DNA of 64,000 bases from Octopus vulgaris (taxonomy: Eukaryota). The stretch spans positions 6,634,001 to 6,698,000 of the forward strand of contig OX597818.1 of NCBI GenBank assembly GCA_951406725.2, read 5' to 3'. The notes under the pieces were generated by a model. That model saw nothing but the letters and a program-made list of their open reading frames with translations. It was not told where the DNA came from and did no database searches. Position 1 is the first letter of the stretch. Each line of letters starts with the position of its first letter. The translations under genes and the position numbers were made by a program. This document shows positions 51,664 to 64,000 of the stretch, piece by piece.

Positions 51664-54106
51664 TAGGAGTCCCTTTTTTCAGCGGAAGACAATGAGGAGT
51701 TGTACTTGGTGGTTCTAGCGAATTAAAAAATTCGAAGGGGTTGTTAACAATATCCTGATCATCAAAAACACTGTCAATTGAGTTATAAAGGAATACTTCT
51801 CCCAAAAAATTATCCAATAGCATATTTACATCAACATCTTTTGGAGCAAGGATAGCTCGTTGACAGATTCAATCTGCATTGTTGTAATTACGAAGAAGAT
51901 TCAGAAAGCTTTCAGCCACCACATCATCAACGGAATAAGCTGGATTGCATATTGAACAGAAATTGTTCTTCATCATTTGCAACTCCCTCTTCACTGAGTT
52001 TCAAAAGCTGCTCTGCAAATAGTTCAGCTGATTGATTTCTTGAAAGCTGCAATCACATATTTGTTGAAAGTTGAATTGTTTTGACATGGTACCATAATAC
52101 AGAAGACTTTATTGAAGCATTGAGCTTGTCCACTTTTATTCGTCTCGGAACAACTAGTAGTGTTTGTCGGAAGTCTGATAACAATAATATTGTGTCATTT
52201 CCCATCATGAAATTTAAATGTCTAGTGTCTCGTAACGTTTTGTCCACGGTTTTAAAAGGATTTTTGTGGGTTATGGTACATTCCTCCCAGATATCTTTGT
52301 ATTAGTTCATCCATTCCAGAATTTTAGATATATTATAAACTGGATTTGCTTTGTTAGATAAATCTAAAGATAACTTGAATGTTCGATGGGCAGTCCGACC
52401 TCTGGGTAGTTATGTTGCTGTAATCCCAGAATTATCAGTGATTAAAGCTATTGTTTTTCTTGGATTGTTTAATTACAAATATTTACCAAGTACCTGCTGG
52501 AGCGTCTGAAAAGTAAAGTCCTTATTTGTTAATGTTAACATTTTTTATATGACTGTGAAATATGTATACGTTGATCAGGTAGAAGTTTGGCAAGATTATC
52601 ATTTATGTACATGATCAGTTCCTTCATATCAGGAAATTTCCCTCATTATTTCAGTGGACAGACTGTTAAGATCCCCTCTATTAGTTAGTAGGAGACCTAA
52701 ATTTTCTACAGGTTCACCTCTCATCGAAATAATTTGATCTATTTCAATCAAAGCTGCATTGTATATAGAATCAGTGAAAGCAATAACATGGCTCATAATT
52801 ACGCAACCGAACTTGGTGCCTAAAATCTTCAGCAAGATCATTTCTGAATTTATTCCACAGTTCAACAGGATTACTTATTTCACAATTTTTGAGAATAATA
52901 GCAAAAAGACCTCTTAAAACTTTGGCACTTTTGATATTGAATATTCTTCAATGGTTACTTCCTATTGCTGATCATTTGAAAGCAAACAACTTCAAACACG
53001 CTTCTCAATATGTTCTGCAAATCTCACCATCAACTTCTTTCAACCTTTCCAAGAAGTTGGTCCTCTTTTTACACGAAGAAGCATTCTGAGATGAAAGCAT
53101 TCATTTTCGTTAGGATGTAAAGTATATACTCTACCAATTGTCGTACTAAACTTAATCCTAAAATGACCCTGAACCTTTGTGCCTAGTTTGCGTCCATTCC
53201 ATTTAATATTACTCTATGTGTAATGAGAAGGCAACTAGTGATATAGCAGCGGTTTTACAAAATTGCTCCCCCACCCCGACAAGTATTGAACAAGGCTGCT
53301 AAAGTAGGATCCATTGGATTTGAAACTTGATTGCTGCTCTCTAAGCAGTGAAGTAAACACTTCGACCATTTTCTAAATGCACAGTTGTTGAATGGCTGGG
53401 TGCCGTTCATCGATTATGAATCCAAATACATGCCAGAAGGCGTCATTACTACTTATATAGCCCTAATTGGTATTATTTAACTTGATACGCCGTATGCCCT
53501 AGGAGAATAGAAAGATTCAATTTTGAATCTGAACCACAGTGACACTACTCCTTTACATTTGCAGTCATTGTTTTCACTTTGACAGACATTTTCGAATCTG
53601 AACTAGGGTGAGACTACACCTACACATATGCTGATTTTACTTCCATTTCGACAGACAAGCAAGCAAACAAACAGAAATTCAATCTCTGATATATATATAT
53701 ATATATTTATAAGAATTAAGATATAAACTCAGATTTAGCAATCATACTCATACAGTTATAACTTTCTACTTAAAATGCGAAAATATATATTAATAGATAT
53801 GGAAACATGAATATTTTTTTAAATATTTATAAAATACAAATATACATAAAAATACATGTAAATAAAAACCAATGTGTGATACGTATGGAAGGAAGTGGGA
53901 GAAAAAGAGAAGAGAATTTTTTGTAATAAAATTAAGTGTTTTTAAGAGTTTTAGTTAAAAGACCCATAGAGTTCGATGTGCGTGTTAAAGTCGAATTTAT
54001 AACTATGAATATGGTTGCCTAATTTGAGTTTATATCTTAAATCTTAATTTTTGTCTTGGGTTCGACCCCAGCACTTCTTAAGCAGTTCTATATTTTTCAT
54101 AAGAAA

Positions 54107-54171
<65 letters not shown>

Positions 54172-54175
<4 letters not shown>

Positions 54176-54922
54176 CGAAATTTTAAGCTCATATAAATTA
54201 TAAAAAGTTAAAAGCAACCGAAGTCACTGAAAATAATACTAACCAGCGCTAGACTTTACCCACTAACTACTGAACCAAAAGTGACAAAATATGGACGTTC
54301 CAACTGTGGAACATGCCCCCACCTTCTGGAGGGCTCAGAATTCCAATTCAAACAAGGAGAAATATTTAAGATCAAATCAAATTTCACATGCGCCTCGGCA
54401 AATGTAATCTATGTCATGACATGCACAGGATGCGGTAAATTCTATATTGGACAAACAGGAATTTCGCTCCGTCAAAGAATCACCATTCACAAAGAGCAAA
54501 TCCGCCACCCACAATACAGACAGTTAAAGGTGAGTGAACACATAAAAATATGTGCCAGGAATCTTAATCCCAATTTCCAAATATTTCCCTTTTACCAATG
54601 CTCACAGAACACCACAATGCAACAAAGGTTGAATAAAGAGTAATTTTTCATCAACAAATTCCTCCCCCAACTAAATGTGAACACACAACTCAATACAGAA
54701 CACCACTAACTCTTCAATTTAACCCACTAAACCCTATACACTTTCTACATCACTCACATTTCTAATTCCTGAACTACTTACCTCCCTTATACATATTATC
54801 CAGAACTATATATATAATCTCTTTTCTCATGAACTATTAGACCTAACACCGTTTTCTAACCGGTATTGTTCAAACGATGAATAGCTAACGCGAAAACCAA
54901 TTGGTTCGTTTCAGTCTCAAAT
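54172..54922 (+). mobile_element. 5'-truncated PLE (Neptune-like): GIY-YIG domain plus 3' pLTR with degenerate HHR
   Basis: CGTCPHL linker, FTCASANVIYVMTCTGCGKFYIGQTG, RITIH, SEH, KE*FFINKF..LN. 54872-54911 reads aaac-gatga..gc(taac)gc-GAAA-accaattggt-TC-gttt. Starts at (TA)n. Confidence 0.88.
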
Positions 54923-54945
54923 GCATGCATGTATGTATGTATGTA

Positions 54946-54991
<46 letters not shown>

Positions 54992-55344
54992 CTTCCTCAC
55001 ACGAAAGTAACTTTCGTAATCCATTTTTTGAAATTATAATGTTCATTCCTCGACGTTCAACAGATATTTATAGATAAATCAGTGTATATTACAAGACAAT
55101 ATATTCAATAAATGTTTACTTCCATCATATTTTACTCTAACCATATTACTACCTCTTCCGTGTCTCTTTTTGCTTTCTTTTTTTTCTTCTTTGTTCTTTC
55201 AAACTGTATAATTTCCGTAACTGCTACTGTATTACATATGGTGAAGTTATTTCCTGAACTGAAACAATCTTTCAGCTTGTAAGATTTAGCAAAATGACCA
55301 TAAATGCTATAAAATCTTCTCTCGTTAACTGCATTTATTCCATA

Positions 55345-55574
<230 letters not shown>

Positions 55575-55577
55575 TAT

Positions 55578-55729
55578 AGGCGCAGGCATGGCTGTGTGAT
55601 AAGAAGCTTGCTTTCCAATCACGCCTTTCCGAGTTCAGTGGCGCCTTGAGAATGTGGCTTCTACTAAGCGTCAGTCTGACAAAAGCCTTGTGAGTTGATC
55701 TGGTAGACGGAAACTGAAAGAAGCCCATC

Positions 55730-55771
<42 letters not shown>

Positions 55772-56055
55772 GAGTTTGTTATATATATATATATATATAT
55801 ATATATACGTGTTTGTTTGAAGGTGTGTTTGTATATGCATATGTTTGTGTGTGTATACGTCCCCTCACCATCGCTTGACAACCGACTTACGTGTGTTTAC
55901 GTCCCTCTAACTTAGCGGTTCAGCAAAAGTAACCGATAAAATAAGTACTAGGCTTGCAAAGAATGAGTTCTGAGTTCGATATGTTTGAGTAAAGGGGGTG
56001 CTTCAGCATGGCCGTAGTCAAACGAGTGAAACAAGTAAAAGAATACAAGAATAAA
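55578..56055 (+). mobile_element. tRNA-derived SINE family 3, near complete, with internal microsatellite
   Basis: aggcgcaggcatggctgtgtgataag (A box)...gagttcag (B box-like)...aaagccttgtgagt...gacggaaactgaaagaagccc...gtgtttacgtccc...aaacaagtaaaagaata tail. Confidence 0.75.
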
Positions 56056-56586
56056 AAAATATATATGTATCTTCTACCTTTTATCTGTTATCTTTTATCT
56101 TTTTCGTATTCCAGTCATTGCTGCGGTCAGTTATTATAATTTTAATCCTAGTATTTATTCTATTGGTAACTTTTTCAGGGACGTTAATCCAACTACACAG
56201 GTTGTCAAGCGGAGGTGGGGTCAAACACAGGCACAATATGGATGTCTATTTCTTCACCCTGAAGAGAGAGGCCGGATTTACGGTAATGTTTATGTGCATT
56301 CACTTTTGGTTGCCTAATCTTGACTTTTTATACATTCCATCTGCCAACACTTTACACCTATTATGAAATCCCGAGACCCCCGAAGCACCTGTCGAGACCT
56401 GAAATACCATTACTTTTCTCCATAGTTTTCTGTATCTTTTGTACTCCATGTATTCATCTATGTATTCATCAGAAAATTTTTAGTTTTTCTTTCTCTCTGT
56501 ATATATCGTTAATTATATTTATATGCATATATGTACATTTTATATATCTAGCCGAAGCGTGTTTTTCCTGTTTATTTGCAGGATTA

Positions 56587-56623
<37 letters not shown>

Positions 56624-56647
56624 TCCTCTACACACACACGCGCATAC

Positions 56648-56730
<83 letters not shown>

Positions 56731-56907
56731 ATAATAAGGGTATTTTGCAACAAGTTGCTCAACCACATACCAAAAAATATTAGAAATAGCAGCCAAAAGA
56801 CTACTATTTCCTTTTACTACAAAAATAATCTCCACGAACAACAATATTTGTAACTCACATATGGCAAAAAAGGAAGAAAAATAATGAAATCACACAGTCT
56901 TCGGTTA

Positions 56908-56966
56908 ATTATGGACGTACGTTTCTGGATTAGAATCATAAGACCCATTTCCTTTATCGACATAAT
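56908..56966 (-). ncRNA. Degenerate type I HHR
   Basis: Minus strand: attatg-tcgataa-a-gga...tcc-a-GAAA-cgtacg-TC-cataat. All stems intact; core CUGAUGA eroded. Confidence 0.55.
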
Positions 56967-57196
56967 ATTCCTATAAATCTAGAAATGCTAGGAAAACTTA
57001 CCTCCTATATTTTCGATCAAGTGACATCGAAAAATATAAAAGTTAATCAGCATATCCACATTTATATAGACAAGTGAATTCGTATTTCCCTCCAGAATTT
57101 TTTCTACGCGAGTCACCAAATAGTACTGCTGAAAAAAAGATTCGTAGTTTTGTCGTAGGGGAGTAAAATAATCATTACAGATATATATCTGTAAAC

Positions 57197-57281
<85 letters not shown>

Positions 57282-57736
57282 AGGTGTACGTATGTCTGTA
57301 TACATGTATAAATATGTGTAAGTTTTAACATTATTATTTCTTTATGAATATTTCATCGTTAACGTTCTTTCTAAGTGTGTTAATTGACTATTGCAACCTA
57401 CGGAATCTAGAGTTTCAGTGAAAGAGATGCTACAGATTTACTCATCGCCCTACCTCACACCATAAATACTATTCCTACATCACACTAAATAGCTTATTTA
57501 CTTTGAAACGAAAAATATGTCATAGGAAAGTATTAATGGAGAAAATTTGTTCTTGACGTCAATATCTTTGCGAGGATTTTCCAATAAGGATAATTGGATC
57601 AGTTAACTAAACGCTCTGAATATTTTATAAATCTACAATGAAAACCAATTAAAATATGCATTAATTGTAAATATTCGTACTCTTTGAAGTGTAAGGAATA
57701 CGCACACATTCACATTCATACTTCTGTTTACCTTTG

Positions 57737-57770
<34 letters not shown>

Positions 57771-57829
57771 TAATTGAAGATGGATAAGCTTTATACTGTA
57801 CTCTACTACGTTCTTGACACAATATACCA

Positions 57830-57924
<95 letters not shown>

Positions 57925-57929
57925 GCATA

Positions 57930-59090
57930 CGTAGTCTTATCAATAAGTATCTGTACTTTTGCTATAGTAACGAAGATAAATGTGTAGAATAAAGCCGCTT
58001 GTTACAGATTGACATTGAATTCTGCTGTGCATGCGCGCTAAGTTTTAACATTCTAGCTCACTGCTGCTGTTTACTGCAGTGCTTGGAAGGAACGTGTGTA
58101 GCGTGTGATCGTCGCATGATCATTACAGGGGAAGTTGAGCAGAGAATTTGCAGACAATTTTGCCAAAATCCTGACGTCACCTTCTCAGAGGCCTACGCTG
58201 AGTTGCAGAAAGCGTATGGTGAGGAGTATATGAGCCGCAAACAAGTGTACGAGTGGTTCAGGCGTTTCCAGATGGCCGAAAAAATGTCGATAGTGAAGAA
58301 CATTTTAGGAGACTCGCAACCAACAGAACTGAGAAAATCAACGCAGATGTGCGTGCAGCTATGAGGAGAAGTCGTGGATTCACCATCCGTTAGTTATCAG
58401 AGGATGTGCAGATTAGTTACTGTTCAGCCCAGTCCATTGTAACTGAAAATTTGGGTATGAGACGCGTGCTTGCCAAGTTTGTGCCAAAACTGTTTTCAGC
58501 TGACCGAAAAGACACTCGAATTTCAGTTGCACAAGATCTTCAATATGTCTAGAACGATGAAAACTTTTGAAAACAGTCATAACGGATGATGAAGCGTGGG
58601 TGTATGTCTATGACCTCGAAACAAAGGCTCACTTTTTTTTCGCAGTAGAAGACCACAAACTCTCTTGAACCGAAGAAAGCACAAATGGGTCGAAGCAATG
58701 TGAAGACACTATTGACAATTCTCTTCGACTACAAGGGGATTGTTCATTAAGCGTATACTCCACCTGATCAGACAGTAAACAAAGAGTACTACCGGGACGT
58801 TTTGCGGTGTTTTGGGGATGCTCTTCGTCGGGAAAGGCCACAATTGCATGCGTCCGGTAAGTGGCAGTTGCACCATGACAACGCACATGCCAATTCAGCG
58901 CAGCTTATGCAGAAGTTTTTGGCTAGACACATCATTCACCAGGTCCTACAGCCACTGCATTCACCAGATATTGTTCCTTGTGACTCCTCCCTCTTTCCAA
59001 AACATCAAATGCGACGATGCAGCTGCTGATTATCTCAGAAAGCGAGTTCCAGGTGTCTACCGCATTACAAAATTTATTCACAAACCAAGA
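57930..59090 (+). mobile_element. Second mariner family, decayed
   Basis: EQRICRQFC...AYGEEYMSRKQVYEWFRRF, AKFVPKL, ITDDEAWVYVYD, LHHDNA, HSPDIVPCD; TA|cgtagtcttatcaataagt left end. Confidence 0.88.
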
Positions 59091-60559
59091 AATATATCTA
59101 TGCTTCCTTATACGACACTAAAATATTATCTGATAATCTGATGAATTAACCTGGAGCCCAGTTCGTGCAAAATCTTTAGAGTGAAACCTTTCTCTGTGAC
59201 AGTGTCCCTCAGCTAATACTTCACGCCGTTCTAGTGCACATCAGTGTGTTAAGTATGAATGTACGCATTTTTAAATAGAATGTCCTTGCTCGTGTGCTTG
59301 CACTCAATTAATTCCAGTTTAGCATGTCTCAGCATACATTAGGAAATTAATCTTTGCAGACTTTATATAATTAGGAACAAAATTTTGGCCCCGCTTCAAA
59401 TACTTGTAGTGATATCTGCCACGAAAAAAGACAAATTCACTCAGAAATACCAAGTCTAGTACCCTGGTGATGTCACTTAGAGATCATTTTGATATGTTTC
59501 ACACAATCTATTGGGGGAAATTTTTAATATTCAATAGACTTTAGCTTTTATTGCACAGTTGGGTATCAAAAATAAAATACTTACATTCATATTGACCGTA
59601 TGCTTCGAAATGCTTTGCGTGAGTGTACGTACGAATGTTCTTAGTTTTTTTAAAAACATATTCAAAATGTCATAAAGTGAATTCAAGTTGTTGTCATACC
59701 GCAGTGATATTAATATATATTCTATTAAGCAAAGATGATACTTAATATTTCTAGAATTCCCATCCTTCTGTATGCAAGCTAGGCTCAACCATTTTTTATT
59801 GAGCAAGTAAAATTTTCTGTTAATAAAAAAGGTTCACCATTCTTAAATTGTGGTTTCTTTGGTATCTTTGTCCCCAAACAACAGCTAATGATGGAGGTAT
59901 GTCTTTCTTACTCTCGCTCGTTTTGCATATAAGATCGTCTTTAAAAATTGCACGTGATTAATATAATTATACATCTAATTTTGTGGAATATGCAGACGCA
60001 TTTCTTCCTCATTTCAAAAATAATTTTACGTACGTACATTCACTTATAAAACGCACATTTGATCATGCAAACACGATTATATCTTTGTAAGCAACGTTAA
60101 CACACACAAACACACACACACACACGTTTGTATGTTTGTGTGTGTGAAAAAGAAAGAAAAAAGGAAGAAATGAGAATATTCAATAATGTAAGTAGAATAT
60201 CAATATTGGTAACTCTGAGTTATTCGGATAGTCAGACAAGCCCAGTGCAATGAATGTAAAAGTACTCAAAATAAGTACTCAGCAAATGAAAACGTAACGC
60301 AAGTATCTGATTGGCTGCGTAAGCAAAGATAACTTCGGATGAATGAATTTGATTGCACTTGCTCCATGAAGAAGAAATAGATTAATAAATAACGTTGTAA
60401 TTAATTCAGTTAAGTGTTATACATCTAATGCATTCGTAGAATGCCGCTGACGTTAGGATTCTACAATGTCAAAGAATGACTAGAAAGAAAAGCCGCTGAA
60501 AAAAGATAATCAGATTAAGCGAAGAAAAGGTTAACCTAAAGCCTTTTTCAAATTTAATT

Positions 60560-62333
60560 TTCATTCACAAGGCTATGTATGATAACAAAAGAGGGCTTCA
60601 TCGTGGAACAAACGAAATATTTAGACTTAAAACTTACAGGAAAAATAGAATTATCAGTAACTTCTGTGCATTATCTGTATGTATGTGTTTATTATAAATA
60701 ATTCGTTTGTAATGTTTGCGGGTAAGGTGTTTGAGCAGATTAGAGGAATTCCAATGGGTAGCAATTGTAGCCCCTTATTGGTGAACCTTTATCTTTCGTC
60801 ATGTGAGCTACTTTTTCTTAAATACCTTTGTACCAGGAAAAAGAAGCGTTTACTTAAGCAGCTTAATGAATACATAGATGATATATTTATACCTAATTAT
60901 GGTTTCTTTGAAATTTTACTCAGAAAGATATACCCTTGTGAGCTTATAGCCACCAGAAATGGCAACAATATACGAAATATGAATTATTTAGATGTCAATC
61001 TAGTAATCAAGGATAATAATGAAATATGTAATGACATTTACAATAAAACATATTTTAGTTTCCAAGTGGCTTCAATGCCATGAATCAGTAGTAGAATTCC
61101 TTTTTCTTTATTGGTTATGGTGTTTTTGCAGGGCAACTTGTTAGATATAGTACTATTATCAATAATGCTAATAAATGTTTGGAAATAATAAATAAACTGT
61201 TAAGAGATTTAGTAAAACAAGAGCATAAATATGGTAAGTTGGTTAAAACTTGTAATCGCTGTGTAAGTGGGAAAATTGTAATTTTAAGTAAATATGGGGT
61301 AATATATTGTCTTCAACTTATCAATTGTATGTAAGGATTTAGAATGTTTATGATTCGAGTTATTTGCTTACTACATCACCAACATTATCTGAGAGTACTG
61401 AGGAAATAGTAATTATACACTTCGTTATCAATAGTTAAGATAGTCCTTTTAAATTCTTGGTGATAGTACCGCATGTCTGATAAAACATGTGTTAATACCT
61501 GTAGTTTTTTAATCTTATAAGCAGTTTTAATTAACGTTAAACATAGCAAGGTTTTATAATAATAGTTAATTGCAAGTACTTTTATTAGTTCCTATTTAAT
61601 AGAATTTAATATTTCTATTAATTATTGGTAATTTAATATTATAGCTTGTAGTTGTGATATGTTAAGTATGTACTGTTTTATTATTAACATTTGAATGATG
61701 AAATAATGTATTTCACTCATAATTATTATATTTTTAGTTAAATTAAATTCAATCGGGTTTGTTTTGTTTTGGGGAAATATATATAACGCTTTAAATTTTT
61801 TTAATTATAGTAGTACCTGTGGAAAACTTGTGGGATTATTATTTGTATGGAATTAAAGATTGGTTGCGATTTAGCATATAATTTAGTTATTGCAGGTTTA
61901 TTACTAATACCGATACGATGTACTTTAGTTTATGTGTTTCTTAGTAGTTTTATTAAAGTAAGTGCTTAATACTGCCTATAAATTGATTGATTGAATAAAC
62001 TTAAAATTAAGCTTTCATTTTTATATTATACTACGGAAGGCGTTAGGAAATTTACTTCTTGTATGACTTAAAGGATAAGTCGTTGTTTAGTAACGCATTT
62101 ATTAGTTGGTTGTAATTTACTTATTGAATTTATTTACCGATACGGTTGTATATAGGGTAAACGTGTTTGAGAGTTTTGGTTTCCTTGGTATGTTTGTTGA
62201 CACCGCCGGATTGAATGGTACTGCCTAGGTAACAAAACCATAATGATATCTCTGGGGCAGCCGATGATGGAGGTATATTGGATTCTTGTTTGACTTTTTT
62301 CATATATGTGGAATAGTATTATAACATCCTTTT

Positions 62334-62338
<5 letters not shown>
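60560..62338 (+). mobile_element. 5'-truncated PLE (Hydra/Naiad-like RT, no C-terminal GIY-YIG) with long AT-rich 3' region ending in (TA)n
   Basis: FAGKVFEQIRGIPMGSNCSPLLVNLYL, YIDDI, IYPCEL, NYLDV, IYNK..F.F.V..MP, YGVFAGQLVRY; coding similarity ends near 61335. Confidence 0.8.
62215..62272 (+). ncRNA. Candidate non-circularly permuted HHR, second family, degenerate
   Basis: atgGTA-ctgcct | c-aAAA-ccat | gggcag-CCGATGA; same strand order as 23357, with different but paired stems I and III. Confidence 0.45.
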
Positions 62339-62395
<57 letters not shown>

Positions 62396-62672
62396 ATGTA
62401 TGTATAGTATTGTATTGAAAATATTGTTTGTACATTTTTCTATAATTCCGATGGTGGGAACTAGATATATAACAGTTAAGATGTTATCGCTAAGATGATA
62501 TTAATGCTGGGAGAAACAACACAAGCTTTTTCTACACACTACATTTTCGGATTTATTTTGTTTTGGACAGTTCATCCATTGCCTATATCAGTATTTTAGT
62601 GCTATCATAGGAATGTCGAACTAGCTAGCTATTTTTCCATTTCATTTAATTTCTGCACATTCTTTCTCTCTC

Positions 62673-62719
<47 letters not shown>

Positions 62720-62830
62720 CCCTCTCTCTCTCTCTCTATCTTTCTCTCTTTAACCTGAGAAGGGAACATGATGATTAAAATAATTAACACTGATTCTTTT
62801 GTAATTTCTTTTCCCTAAATTCAGCAGTCC

Positions 62831-62896
<66 letters not shown>

Positions 62897-63122
62897 ATGT
62901 ATATATATATATATATGTATGTATGTATAGTTATAGATATATATGTGTGTGTTTGTATGCATTTACGTATGTATGTATCAGCTGTAGCTTTAATTAATGT
63001 TTAAATGTTGGTAATATGTGTAAATTACATTTCGCTATTGTTATTTGGATTCGTAGATATTTTGTACTAACTCCACTTCTTCTGCGATGTTTAAGTAAGA
63101 CGGCGAAATGGCAGAATTGTTA

Positions 63123-64000
63123 CGAGGGGCGTTCAATAAGTAATGCCCTTGACCCACTTCCCATAGCGGTAGAGCAACGACACTTGGCACAGTTATTAGT
63201 CTTTTCCTACATAGGAACTACCCAGAATTATGCATTTCTCCCATCGTTTGAGACCGTTTTTGTAGAAGACCCCAGCTTGGTCCTCCAACCACGACGTGAC
63301 TTCAGAAATCAAGGCTGCACCATCTAGGAAACGCTTTCCTTTCAAAATCAACTTCATGACTGGGAAGAGATGAAAATCAGAGGGGGCAAGGGGAGGAGTT
63401 CATAGCTGTACGCCTGTGCTTCTGATCTGGCGACACGCGAGTTGTGGACCGGAGCGTTGTCCTGCAGGAGGAGGATGCCTTTGCTGATCTTGCCCCGCCT
63501 CTTGATTTTGATAGCTTCTCTTAATTTCCTCAAAAGTGAAGCATAATAGGCTCCTGTAATTGTGGTACCCTTTGCCAGGAAATCTGTCATCACTACTCTG
63601 TCTTGGTCCCAGAAGACCGTGAGCATAACCTTGTCAGCGGAGGGCTGCACCCTTGCCTTCTTTGGAGGAGGTGAGTCACGGTGCTTTCACTGCATTGACT
63701 GGGCTTTGGTCTATGGATCATAGTGATGGACCCAGGTTTTATCCTGTGTGATCAGTCTTTTGAAAACTTTTGACTCATCTTCTTGGCACATCTCCAAATT
63801 CATCCTTGAGTACTCGACGCGTTCTTGCTTCTGGAAAGGTGTGAGCAACCTGGAAATCCATCTAGCAGACACCTTTTGCATATGCAAATGGTCATGAATG
63901 ATAGTTTTCACAGACCCGGTATTAATCTTGACCTCAAGGGCTATTTGGCGAATAGTTATGCGTTGACCTTCCAAAATGGCAGCCTCAACTTGACGGACAG
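63123..64000 (-). mobile_element. Mariner, same family as 50372-51663, runs off the window
   Basis: TIR TA|cgaggggcgttcaataagtaatgcccttgacccactt; KVMLTVFWDQD, LLQDNAP, ITQDKTWVHHYDP with stops. Confidence 0.95.

Larger units (their letters stand above)
49855..53700 (-). mobile_element. Decayed Helitron (Rep/Pif1-like helicase), interrupted by a mariner
   Basis: 3' end cccgatgaacgacggc...gCTAG|T. Helicase motifs LLSDFRQTLLVV, LKKGTPIIL*HNLSQPKLYNGTKL, RLHFPIQVYYAMRINRSQGQT, GQLYVEASRV; TIGRVYTLHP near 53130. Confidence 0.9.

Noticed and set aside
56255-56398. CTGAAGA...gaagcacctgtc HHR-like motif
   Set aside because: Very long spacer, GAAG core and no convincing stem I; at most a decayed copy.

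Overview
AT-rich, microsatellite-saturated eukaryotic (metazoan) genomic DNA. The tRNA-derived SINE families and (TA)n/(CA)n/(TATG)n density resemble an octopod cephalopod genome; this is an inference from remembered repeat families and was not checked. Most ORFs in the track are microsatellite artefacts. No intact protein-coding gene is present; one isolated candidate host exon lies at 25474-25584 (-). The window is a graveyard of decayed TEs: CR1/L2-group LINEs (3 copies plus a fragment, one with tandem CCCH fingers), R4/Dong-like, L1/Tx1-like and RTE remnants, Tc1 and mariner transposons, Helitrons, three SINE families, and many Penelope-like element (PLE) pieces. The main hidden signal is RNA-level. 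About 15-20 hammerhead ribozyme (HHR) motifs of several families sit in PLE-type terminal repeats next to (TA)n tracts, often as fold-back palindromes. One group (23357, 24130, 62215, partial 3636) has all hammerhead core strands in a non-circularly permuted (pseudoknotted) order, with compensatory stem changes between families. All structures were read by eye and element boundaries are approximate.
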